Made by a program: the position numbers and the translations under genes. This document shows positions 28,545 to 35,879 of a stretch of 42,839 nucleotides of DNA, one piece after another. A model generated the notes under the pieces. It saw only the letters and a program-made list of their open reading frames with translations. It ran no database searches and was not told where the DNA came from. How positions within the stretch are numbered: the stretch's first letter is position 1; every line of letters begins with the position of its first letter. This stretch comes from a virus, in the IMG/VR virus record IMGVR_UViG_3300045988_131422; one strand, given 5' to 3'.

Positions 28545-29497
28545 AGTTCTCCATTTTTGATTTTTTCCTGCAGCTGCGCTAATTCGCTTTGCAGTTGTTC
28601 TTCTGACATCTGGACTGGTTTAGCATAGAATTTCTCATCTAGCTGGATCGCTTTGATTCCTGGATTGTCTTCTTCGCGTTCCGCTTTGCTCCATTTCTTC
28701 AAAAGTCCTTTCCAGTCCCTGATAGGGTCATTGCCTGTCTTCCATCCGGTGGATTCGTAGTGTTTCCAAAACTTTTTGGCATCTACGTTCAAGTTGTGTT
28801 CCTGGATGTAGTCCACGATTTCTGAAATGGACGGTTTAACAAAACAGTCAGTCCAATCAGTCTGCACATTTTCGTTTGTTGCACTTTTTGACGCAGCCAC
28901 ACTATCTAACTTCTGACTACTGACTGACTTATTTCTAGACTCTAGACTCTTATCTCTAGACTCTAATCTCTTATCGGACAATGTCCTTTTTTTGTCCGGG
29001 ACAATGTCCTCTACTTTGTCCTTCGATTTTTTCTCTGTTTTTGAGCTCGTTTTTCGAGCGCTTTTTGAGCCTTTTTTAGGACTCTTTTCAGACGAATTTT
29101 TCTGTTTATTTTCACGATACAATCGCTTTTTTTGTGCCCATCCGGTTTCTGATCCAATCATCGATTCATAGTTTGCAATCTTCATCACATTGTTCTCAGA
29201 CACTACAATCAGTCTTAAATTCTGGAATAATTCAAGGGCCGCTCTGACTGTGTCTGCGGAAAAAAACTTTGTGTCACGTGCAATTTTATCGACAGTGTAT
29301 GGAACTAATATATTGCCAATTTTTGTAGCTAAAACACCATTTGTATTTGATGTCATGGTGCACAATTTTATGTATAGAGTTACGTATTTACATCCGTCTT
29401 CCTGGGATAAAAGAAAATCGATTGCGTCACTTTCGAAAAAATCAGTCTTCAACTTGATCCAATAATAAACTTTGCTATTATCCTTGATTTCCGACAT
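28541..29497 (-). CDS. Phage replisome organizer / DnaD-like protein (318 aa)
   Basis: N-terminus YYWIKLKTDFFESDAIDFLL..GCKYVTLYIKL (replisome organizer N-domain). Conserved C-terminal W-rich domain. Start refined to ATG 29497. Confidence 0.7.
   Translation of the reverse strand: MSEIKDNSKVYYWIKLKTDFFESDAIDFLLSQEDGCKYVTLYIKLCTMTSNTNGVLATKIGNILVPYTVDKIARDTKFFSADTVRAALELFQNLRLIVVSENNVMKIANYESMIGSETGWAQKKRLYRENKQKNSSEKSPKKGSKSARKTSSKTEKKSKDKVEDIVPDKKRTLSDKRLESRDKSLESRNKSVSSQKLDSVAASKSATNENVQTDWTDCFVKPSISEIVDYIQEHNLNVDAKKFWKHYESTGWKTGNDPIRDWKGLLKKWSKAEREEDNPGIKAIQLDEKFYAKPVQMSEEQLQSELAQLQEKIKNGEL
28934..29021. repeat. Iteron-like repeats inside the organizer gene linker (candidate ori)
   Basis: TCTAGACTC x3, CTCTTATC x2, GGACAATGTCC x2, and TGTCC x4 phased 11-12 bp apart. 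Confidence 0.5.
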
Positions 29498-29509
29498 ATG
29501 CAATCCTTT

Positions 29510-29938
29510 CTATTCTTCTTGTTCTATTTCATTTATAACTACCATTACACATGGTTTCTGTGCATATCTCTTGAAGACATGCAGGTCTGATACTTGCTTA
29601 TCATCTTCGAAAGCCACTTTATTTAAAGAGTCCAGTACAACCTTTGCAATGTTGTCGGAATCTGGCTTCTTTTGTGGCTGGATTTCATTTGCGAGCATCT
29701 TATTTAGTTTCACTTTTGATACATTCTTAGGTGGTGAGAAATACGCGAAAATCTTCACTTCCAGGGACCCTTCCAGCATGCTTGGAGTGCCACACTGTTC
29801 CATGAAGCTTAATCGTACTAGATTCTCATATTCAACTGTTTTAGGTGGTGTATGCACACTTACATACTTACCACGATTAGAGAATCGAGGTCTTCCTTTG
29901 GACCCCGGTTCTCCTGGTACTACAAACTGATAACGCAT
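29510..29938 (-). CDS. rusA: RusA-family Holliday junction resolvase (142 aa)
   Basis: VPGEPGSKGRPRF...PDSDNIAKVVLDSLNKVAFEDDKQV. Confidence 0.8.
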   Translation of the reverse strand: MRYQFVVPGEPGSKGRPRFSNRGKYVSVHTPPKTVEYENLVRLSFMEQCGTPSMLEGSLEVKIFAYFSPPKNVSKVKLNKMLANEIQPQKKPDSDNIAKVVLDSLNKVAFEDDKQVSDLHVFKRYAQKPCVMVVINEIEQEE

Positions 29939-30744
29939 TATTCTTTGATTTCTCCGGTCACTGGATCTTCACCAGGCTGTTCCTGATATTCTGCATCAAA
30001 GAATTCATTTGGAACTTCTGTCATATCTTCTTCAATCGTTGTCTTGATTGATTCATCTGTATTCACCTGCTTAACGAATTCAGTTTTCAAAGGAGCATAT
30101 TTAAGCAATTTCTTTAAAACTGTCTTCTTGGCCATTTCATCAAAGTTTGTTTTCCATGGTCCACTTGAAAATGATTTTGAATATTTTTTCGCATGATCAA
30201 GAACATCTTCATACGACATGACCTGGAATCCTTGGCCACCATTCACTAATTTGAATGTAGCGTAATAATAGATTGGCTTACCTCGATTTGTTCTTGCAGG
30301 CTTATGTTTAAGTACTGGATCCATACCTAATTCGTACTCAAATTCATCATTTTCATAAACGACCTGAGCATCAATCATCTTGACTTCACCTGAACGATAT
30401 GCCAGGTCAATCAATCCTTTGTAGCCAATCTGGAACTGACAAGCTCCACCATACGGAATCAAATAGGCTTGTCCTAGTGGAGTGTTTGGTTCCAAGCCTA
30501 ATTGTGCTGCATTCATCATTGCAGCCAAGAATGACTGCGGAGTACATGATGCTAGCTTGGCATTATTAGATACTGCAGATAATGCGATTCGTGTGAAGCG
30601 TTCTGGAGTCATCACACTAGGCAATGCTTTTGCGATTTCTCCTGACATCACTGAGATATACTCCTTGATGGTCTTTGATTGCTTTTTGGTCACAGTGTTT
30701 GACTGCGTCTTTGCAATCATTCCTTGTTGATTTGTTGTTGTCAT
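29938..30744 (-). CDS. recT: RecT-family single-strand annealing protein (268 aa)
   Basis: TPERFTRIALSAV..QSFLAAMMNAAQLGLEP..QAYLIPYG..QIGYKGLIDLA. Confidence 0.88.
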   Translation of the reverse strand: MTTTNQQGMIAKTQSNTVTKKQSKTIKEYISVMSGEIAKALPSVMTPERFTRIALSAVSNNAKLASCTPQSFLAAMMNAAQLGLEPNTPLGQAYLIPYGGACQFQIGYKGLIDLAYRSGEVKMIDAQVVYENDEFEYELGMDPVLKHKPARTNRGKPIYYYATFKLVNGGQGFQVMSYEDVLDHAKKYSKSFSSGPWKTNFDEMAKKTVLKKLLKYAPLKTEFVKQVNTDESIKTTIEEDMTEVPNEFFDAEYQEQPGEDPVTGEIKE

Positions 30745-30758
30745 ATGTATTTATCCTC

Positions 30759-31697
30759 CTACTGTTCTTTGACTAAAAATCTTCTCATTTTTCTTTGCGT
30801 TAAGTATTGATCATAAAGTTCAGGCTCATCTTTTCTGAATTCTTTAGTATCGAATGTATTTGACACCGATGTTTTCCATGTAACTTTGAATTTGTCAGAT
30901 GTTCCAATACCAGAATCACCTAAGTAGTTCTTAACTTCATTCTCATGTTTTTTCTGAATATCCTGAAGCTCCTTGATTTTATCTTTGACAAGTTTCAATG
31001 CATCCAGTTCCTGCTGCAATGGAGTTAGATCCACAATGTTGTCTTCATCATTTTCTACTGGATGTAATTCACTGATTGCTTGTGCAGTAGAATCCGAACC
31101 ATCGATTGGCGGTTCAACATCTTTCTCAACGCAGTTCCAGAATTCTTTTTCTGCTTCAATCAATGCATTGACTTCTTCATCGCTTCTAATGACCTCGTAG
31201 CAATACAAGTCGACACCTGGAATATAAATAGCTATATACCACTTAGAAAGACCTGTAACCGCCATATAATGCATACACTGTGCATAATACTGAGGTGGAA
31301 TATTTCCTTTCTGATACATATCCTTGTTGTATTCAGACGTGGTCTTGATTTCTAGACCTGCATCCTCGCCAACTACCAATCTATCTACGTTGGCCAACAT
31401 GAATGGATGATCTACAGATTGAAACGAGAACCCGCTCTTTCTGCATTTCTTACCGGTTTCTTCTTCCCAACGTCTGGCCACATAAGCTTCCGCATCTCGA
31501 CCAAATCGCATACGCTCATTGTCGATATTCTTATGAATTCGGCCCGTCTTTTCGCACCACAATGCATAAGCCGATTTGTATTTGTTCATGCCTAGAACAG
31601 AACCGGCATCAGAGCCACCAATTCCCTTTAGACGATTGTCCAGCCACTCTTCATGAGTAGCTGGTAATTTATGTTTGATTACTTTATTCATCTTCAT
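30759..31697 (-). CDS. YqaJ-type (lambda Exo-like) recombination exonuclease (about 312 aa)
   Basis: GIGGSDAGSVLGMNKYKSAYALWCEKTG. Partner of RecT. Start refined to ATG 31697 (GAGGA 8 nt upstream). Confidence 0.8.
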   Translation of the reverse strand: MKMNKVIKHKLPATHEEWLDNRLKGIGGSDAGSVLGMNKYKSAYALWCEKTGRIHKNIDNERMRFGRDAEAYVARRWEEETGKKCRKSGFSFQSVDHPFMLANVDRLVVGEDAGLEIKTTSEYNKDMYQKGNIPPQYYAQCMHYMAVTGLSKWYIAIYIPGVDLYCYEVIRSDEEVNALIEAEKEFWNCVEKDVEPPIDGSDSTAQAISELHPVENDEDNIVDLTPLQQELDALKLVKDKIKELQDIQKKHENEVKNYLGDSGIGTSDKFKVTWKTSVSNTFDTKEFRKDEPELYDQYLTQRKMRRFLVKEQ

Positions 31698-31797
31698 TTG
31701 ATTCATCCTCTTTTTCTTCTTCTGGTTCACCTGCATCATCGATATACCGGTTGTCGTTCCATTCTCTCCAGTCATCGATATCCTTAAAGAATGGCAT
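31684..31797 (-). CDS. Small acidic ORF (37 aa)
   Basis: MPFFKDIDDWREWNDNRYIDDAGEPEEEKEDESNEDE*. AGGAG 8 nt upstream. Confidence 0.4.
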   Translation of the reverse strand: MPFFKDIDDWREWNDNRYIDDAGEPEEEKEDESNEDE

Positions 31798-31799
31798 TG

Positions 31800-32063
31800 C
31801 TAGTTCTCCTTGAATGGTGGATGCTCCGCTAGAAATCTGTCCGTTTCGCCATCGTAGCATTCTGCACATACCGCATATCCAAATCCATATGCAGTATGTA
31901 CTTCTCTCGATGTGTACATCTCACCGAATCTGAATATTCTTCCACATTGTGCACATGGCACCATCTTTTCCATATCATCTTCATACGTTCTACATTCATC
32001 AGGAAGAAGAACATCTTCATACTTATGCAGCTTCGTGTTGTATCTGCCTGCTCTAATGGACAT
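31800..32063 (-). CDS. Small zinc-ribbon protein (87 aa)
   Basis: CAQCG...CAECY. Start refined to ATG 32063 (AGAGGT). Confidence 0.5.
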   Translation of the reverse strand: MSIRAGRYNTKLHKYEDVLLPDECRTYEDDMEKMVPCAQCGRIFRFGEMYTSREVHTAYGFGYAVCAECYDGETDRFLAEHPPFKEN

Positions 32064-32457
32064 AGCACTTACCTCTTTTATTTGCGTTGTTGATATCGCA
32101 ATAACTTCTGATTTTCTGTTGCAACCTATCTTGGAACGCATCTACTGCACTTTCGAAGCAATCAATCGTCTGGTCTGAACTTAGATCGGATAGAGATCCA
32201 ACTGCACATATACTAGGATTTGCATGTGCTTCAATATCCAGCATAGGCGATATAGCAACTTCGTATGCACTGCCTAAAGATTTCAAATATTCTTTAAATT
32301 CAGATTCGATTTTCGCAAGATCATCAGGATTGCTAGATTTTGCGATATCTTTCTTTAATTTGTCGAATCTTTCCTTGATTTCATTGATTTGAGCATTTCT
32401 TTCAAGTATTTCCTCTAAGCTCACTTTTATTGGTTCGCGGTATCCCTTTTTTTCCAT
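32053..32457 (-). CDS. Early protein, paralog 2 (134 aa)
   Basis: Shares architecture and motifs with 32472..32849 (..EFKEYLKSLGSAYEVAISP.. versus ..EEFQNLIKNCGAAFELRVIP..). Confidence 0.6.
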   Translation of the reverse strand: MEKKGYREPIKVSLEEILERNAQINEIKERFDKLKKDIAKSSNPDDLAKIESEFKEYLKSLGSAYEVAISPMLDIEAHANPSICAVGSLSDLSSDQTIDCFESAVDAFQDRLQQKIRSYCDINNANKRGKCYVH

Positions 32458-32471
32458 GTTGATATTTCCTC

Positions 32472-32849
32472 CTAATGAATCTGATGATCGACTTTGTTCA
32501 TGTTGATTTGCCTTTCAAGCTCTTTTGAAAAAGCCTGCGTACACGCTTTGAAGCATTCAGTGATTAGATCAGGCTTCATATTTGTGGTAATTCCAAAAAT
32601 TAAAGCACCGGCTTTGGATTCACCAGTTACAACCGGACTATCAAATCCAGGAATCACTCTCAATTCAAATGCTGCTCCGCAATTCTTAATTAGATTCTGG
32701 AATTCTTCTATAATCGCATCGCCTTCTTCTTCCGATACATCACCTTGTAGCTTTTCATAAAGCTCATTAAGCTTGTCATTCATTCTTTCATATTTTTTCG
32801 ACTCATCATCGAATTCATTCCCACTTTTCTTCAATACAAATTGTTTCAT
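32472..32849 (-). CDS. Early protein, paralog 1 (125 aa)
   Basis: See the paralog. SD AAGGAG. Confidence 0.6.
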   Translation of the reverse strand: MKQFVLKKSGNEFDDESKKYERMNDKLNELYEKLQGDVSEEEGDAIIEEFQNLIKNCGAAFELRVIPGFDSPVVTGESKAGALIFGITTNMKPDLITECFKACTQAFSKELERQINMNKVDHQIH

Positions 32850-32876
32850 TTTTGATTTTCTCCTTTTTACCTTTTA

Positions 32877-32895
32877 CTCAAACCCTGCAACCTGG
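32877..32895 (+). repeat. Left arm of a 19-nt long-range inverted repeat (CTCAAACCCTGCAACCTGG)
   Basis: 17/19 complementary to 33098..33116, about 200 nt away. Confidence 0.8.
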
Positions 32896-33097
32896 ATATC
32901 GCAGTCTGCTAATTATTTATGCCCAAATTCAAACGTGTTTTTTTGCTTTATCTTAGGAAGTTTAACCAGTTACGATCATGGATTTTTTTGACGTGCTTGC
33001 ATTATTTATGACAATTTTTTAAGAAGGTATTGAGATATCGGTCTATTATGAAAAGAATGATCCTTTTTTTAGCGGACCACGTCACTTACGGCAATAC

Positions 33098-33116
33098 CCA
33101 GGTTGCAAGATTTGAG
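33098..33116 (-). repeat. Right arm of the inverted repeat (CTCAAATCTTGCAACCTGG on - strand)
   Basis: Overlaps the -35 element of the + strand promoter at 33103. Confidence 0.8.
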
Positions 33117-33131
33117 ATATATGTATATAAT
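33103..33131 (+). promoter_or_regulatory. Near-consensus sigma-A promoter on the + strand (TTGCAA-17-TATAAT)
   Basis: -35 at 33103..33108, -10 at 33126..33131. Points against the early operon. Confidence 0.5.
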
Positions 33132-33137
33132 TTAGTT

Positions 33138-33180
33138 GTTCATTTTTGATTGGCCACTTTCCTAATAAGTGGTCTTTTTT
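33138..33180 (+). ncRNA. Candidate ~43-nt antisense small RNA (promoter to intrinsic terminator)
   Basis: Terminator GGCCACTT-tcctaat-AAGTGGTC plus T6 works only on the + strand. The 5' end TTCATTTTTGATT (33139..33151) is identical to 32845..32857, i.e. complementary to the start-codon region of gene 32472..32849. Confidence 0.35.
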
Positions 33181-33445
33181 ATGCTCTGCATGACTTACGC
33201 AGCTTGATCAGATTGTCCAAATAAGGCTGCAAACCTAGAACACTGATTACTTTAGTTGTTGGCCATCCAAAACAATTGGATTTAACACCAAGCTTATTCA
33301 ACTCTGTTTTAACAGTGGCGCTGCAACATCCGATAATCTCTGCCAAGTCTCCTTGCGTGATATATGCATATTTTGTAAGCTTCTGGATCTTGTCTTCAAC
33401 TTCCGCATCATATTCCTGACGAGATACAGTTCTTATAGTTTTCAT
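33179..33445 (-). CDS. HTH DNA-binding protein (88 aa)
   Basis: ITQGDLAEIIGCCSATVKTELNKLGV helix-turn-helix. Confidence 0.55.
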   Translation of the reverse strand: MKTIRTVSRQEYDAEVEDKIQKLTKYAYITQGDLAEIIGCCSATVKTELNKLGVKSNCFGWPTTKVISVLGLQPYLDNLIKLRKSCRA

Positions 33446-33460
33446 ATGTGATTCACCTCC

Positions 33461-33706
33461 TTACCAAATTTGTTTTGCTAAAATAATAAAATTCAAGATA
33501 GTCATCATCACAACAAATGAATACATGATGAACTTGTCTTCACGTTCTTCACGATCATAATGTGGTTTTTCGAAAACGACCTGAACATTCACTTCTGGTT
33601 GTTCACTTCTTAAACATGAATTGAACTGTGGAATATCCAATTGACTATCCATTACAGCATCCGCTTGTTTAGTCTTTGCTTTCGTCGATACATTTTCTTT
33701 CGGCAT
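33461..33706 (-). CDS. Tail-anchored small membrane protein (81 aa)
   Basis: C-terminal TM FIMYSFVVMMTILNFIILA. Start refined to ATG 33706 (AAGGA). Confidence 0.5.
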   Translation of the reverse strand: MPKENVSTKAKTKQADAVMDSQLDIPQFNSCLRSEQPEVNVQVVFEKPHYDREEREDKFIMYSFVVMMTILNFIILAKQIW

Positions 33707-33989
33707 GTTTAAATCCTTCACTTTCTATTTTTTCGATTGCTTCATCCAATTTAAATCTGAAATTGAACTCTTCAATATCCTGCATTCCAAGATAATAAAG
33801 AAGGTCAATATCTTCATGATTGAATACGTAACAATGTTCTTTATCCATATAACCTTCCGGCCATGGACATCCTGCATAATCGTAGAGCTTTTTTGTTTTT
33901 GGATTCGCTTGAAGTCTTCCGATAATCATCAACTTCTTGGTTCCTTCTTTAAGAACTACGACGCTTCCAATAGGTAATAATTCTTGCAT
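33669..33989 (-). CDS. DUF4176-like protein (106 aa)
   Basis: LLPIGSVVVLKEGTKKLMIIGR...YDYAGCPWPEG...YVFNHEDI matches remembered DUF4176 motifs. Confidence 0.55.
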   Translation of the reverse strand: MQELLPIGSVVVLKEGTKKLMIIGRLQANPKTKKLYDYAGCPWPEGYMDKEHCYVFNHEDIDLLYYLGMQDIEEFNFRFKLDEAIEKIESEGFKHAERKCIDESKD

Positions 33990-34065
33990 GTTCTACTCCT
34001 TTCTACTGCGTTCTACTACGTTTCTACTACGTTCTACTGTGTCTTACTATGTTCTACTACGTTCT
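33990..34065. repeat. Tandem array of about 7.5 copies of a 10-11-bp unit (GTTCTACTAC on + strand)
   Basis: Units start at 33990, 34000, 34010, 34020, 34031, 34041, 34051, 34061. The array abuts the start codon at 33989, and the unit nearest the gene supplies the SD (AAGGAG). Confidence 0.9.
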
Positions 34066-34083
34066 GGTGCAGCACTTGAGGTG
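34063..34083 (-). repeat. 21-nt motif copy A (CACCTCAAGTGCTGCACCAGA on - strand)
   Basis: 20/21 identical to copy B. 74 nt upstream of ATG 33989. Confidence 0.85.
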
Positions 34084-34512
34084 CCACTTCACTGTATTGA
34101 TACTCATAGACTTTGGAATTTGATTCTTCGAATATTGGAATTTATCGTTTCAGTTATTGGGGATATCTTTAACGATATTTTGTAAGTGTATACTTAAGTA
34201 GTTTTGGAGGCTGTACTCACCTCTTTAATAAAATGCTGTTATTGTTATGCTAGATTATAGTTTTTTCTATATGTACATTTTTATGATCAAACCACTAAGT
34301 CTAATATCTGTTTTTTTGCGAAAAGAGATATTTCTTTTTTTGTATCAACAGTATTCTGCTAGAAAATTTAAGGGGTTTTATTTTGAAACAATCTACTCCT
34401 GAACAACTGCATGTGATAAGGTCTGTAGAGCACTGATCCAGGATTCAATTGGACTTGAACGAACAAACTAGCAGGTTTATGTATAAGAGCTTTTCTTAGG
34501 CTCTCGAAGCAA

Positions 34513-34533
34513 CACCTCAAGTACTGCACCAGA
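34513..34533 (+). repeat. 21-nt motif copy B (CACCTCAAGTACTGCACCAGA)
   Basis: 70 nt upstream of ATG 34603. Confidence 0.85.
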
Positions 34534-34602
34534 GAGTTTCTGTATTTATGTGCACTTATTAAAATTCGATGATACTATGTATCCTGGAAGGAGGTGATTT
34601 GT

Positions 34603-35199
34603 ATGTATAGTGAAGAAGAGTTCGCAAAACTTATTCAGTCCAATACTTTATCCAAGGCTATTGAATCCATTGATCGGATGAATGAAACTCTTAGAAAGGG
34701 TTCTGTGATTTCTTTAAAAGCTCCTGAAACTACTCTAAAAGCTATTGAAAGCATTCAGAAGAGTATTGATTCATTCAAATGTGAAACCATGTTTCCGAAT
34801 CTTATGTCTTTATCAAAATCTCTTGATCATCTTAAGTCTTCATATTCCTCTGTTTCTTCAAGTCCCAATCAAGAAGAAACTGTTTCCGATGAAGCTTGTG
34901 ATGCGGCCAACGAGATTGTCGACAGAATAGAAACACATCCTGTATTTAACAATTGCTCTTTCAATATCAATGTTCCTGAAAGATCTAACAATTGGACTCG
35001 TTCAGAAATTCTAAGTCTTATTCAATTAATCCTTACAATACTAACTCTTGTTACTGGATGCATTCATAGCCCATCAGAGGAATCAAATGTTACTGATAAC
35101 TTCATGCAGGAAGTCAATCAATTGATTGTTGACGCTAATAAGCTCGCTAATCTTAGTGTAGATTCCGTTGATTTTATACATTTGGATGAAACAGCCTAA
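34603..35199 (+). CDS. Membrane protein in opposite orientation to the early genes (198 aa); moron / superinfection-exclusion candidate
   Basis: GGAAGGAGG SD. Internal KAIESI repeat. One TM (ILSLIQLILTILTLVTGCI). Own terminator. Confidence 0.65.
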   Translation: MYSEEEFAKLIQSNTLSKAIESIDRMNETLRKGSVISLKAPETTLKAIESIQKSIDSFKCETMFPNLMSLSKSLDHLKSSYSSVSSSPNQEETVSDEACDAANEIVDRIETHPVFNNCSFNINVPERSNNWTRSEILSLIQLILTILTLVTGCIHSPSEESNVTDNFMQEVNQLIVDANKLANLSVDSVDFIHLDETA

Positions 35200-35295
35200 A
35201 ACAATTAAAATTACTGAGATTGCATTTAGGCAAATTGCTCTATCAAGACTTCGAACCCGATCTTCGAGGTCTTTTATTCTTCTTTCTTGGTCCAT
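35083..35295 (-). CDS. Possible 70-aa TM protein overlapping the 3' end and terminator of the convergent + gene
   Basis: Good SD (AAGGAG) and a TM segment, but 117 nt overlap with 34603..35199. Confidence 0.35.
   Translation of the reverse strand: MDQERRIKDLEDRVRSLDRAICLNAISVILIVLGCFIQMYKINGIYTKISELISVNNQLIDFLHEVISNI
35245..35280 (+). terminator. Intrinsic terminator of the + strand membrane-protein gene
   Basis: AAGACTTCGA-9 nt-TCGAGGTCTT then TTATTCTT. Confidence 0.6.
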
Positions 35296-35331
35296 TTAAC
35301 TTTCTCCTTTGTACGCTGCGAGCATACTTTT

Positions 35332-35628
35332 TTAATCTGTTGGAGTAGACAATTCCTTGCTTACAACAGTTACTCTGTCTACATCTACAACTACAGAACA
35401 CATAGGGTTAAAGTGACTTGTTAAGTACTCTTGCAAAGGCTTAGCAAGTACCTTTAATTCATCTGGATTGATTCTTGCTTTCGGAACCAATCTAACGTTT
35501 AAATGAGAACTAGTTATTTCAACACCGTCACTGTTGATAATGACTAGTTTTTCTTTTGTTTTTTCATCCTCAACAATAAGTTCTTTCCAATCATTGGATA
35601 GAATCTTTAATGATTCATCTTCTCCCAT
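35332..35628 (-). CDS. Hypothetical early protein (98 aa)
   Basis: SD GGAAGGAAG. Operon position. Confidence 0.55.
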   Translation of the reverse strand: MGEDESLKILSNDWKELIVEDEKTKEKLVIINSDGVEITSSHLNVRLVPKARINPDELKVLAKPLQEYLTSHFNPMCSVVVDVDRVTVVSKELSTPTD

Positions 35629-35649
35629 ATAATTTCTTCCTTCCCTCCC

Positions 35650-35669
35650 ATCCTCAAGTACCGCACCAA
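35650..35669 (+). repeat. Motif copy C (ATCCTCAAGTACCGCACCAA)
   Basis: Core CCTCAAGTACNGCACCA shared with copies A and B. Confidence 0.7.
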
Positions 35670-35689
35670 TCTTATGCTATTTAATTTCT

Positions 35690-35739
35690 GTGGTAGTTAT
35701 TGGTAGTACTACGAAGGTTAAATAAGACCTTCTTTTTTT
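35690..35739 (+). ncRNA. Candidate ~50-nt small RNA: extended -10 (TGcTATTTA, 35675..35683) to a + strand intrinsic terminator
   Basis: GTGGTAGTTATTGGTAGTACTAC followed by GAAGGT-7 nt-(g)ACCTTC plus T7. The terminator has a U-tract only on the + strand. Antisense to the 3' end of 35718..35879. Confidence 0.3.
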
Positions 35740-35879
35740 AATGCCAAATAAATTGCCCTGCTTCTACAAACTTCAATCACCTGCTTTAAATACTCGATTT
35801 CATTACAATCATTCAATTTCTCTAGAAATGATTCTCTTTCAATTGGATCAAGTGATTCGCAAAAGCTTTTGTTTTCCAT
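35718..35879 (-). CDS. Small early ORF (53 aa); below the track cutoff
   Basis: MENKSFCESLDPIERESFLEKLNDCNEIEYLKQVIEVCRSRAIYLALKKEGLI*. AAGGAG 8 nt upstream. Confidence 0.5.
   Translation of the reverse strand: MENKSFCESLDPIERESFLEKLNDCNEIEYLKQVIEVCRSRAIYLALKKEGLI

Noticed and set aside
34383-34436. 17-aa peptide ORF (TTG start after AAGGGG; MKQSTPEQLHVIRSVEH) as an arbitrium-like signalling peptide
   Set aside because: There is no AimR-like receptor gene or signal sequence. The start codon and context are weak, and a short ORF like this is expected by chance in 430 bp.
34513-34533. ..CTGCACCA motif as a tRNA 3' end or attP core
   Set aside because: No T-arm or cloverleaf can be drawn around any copy. 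The copies are far from int, and there are three copies in two orientations.
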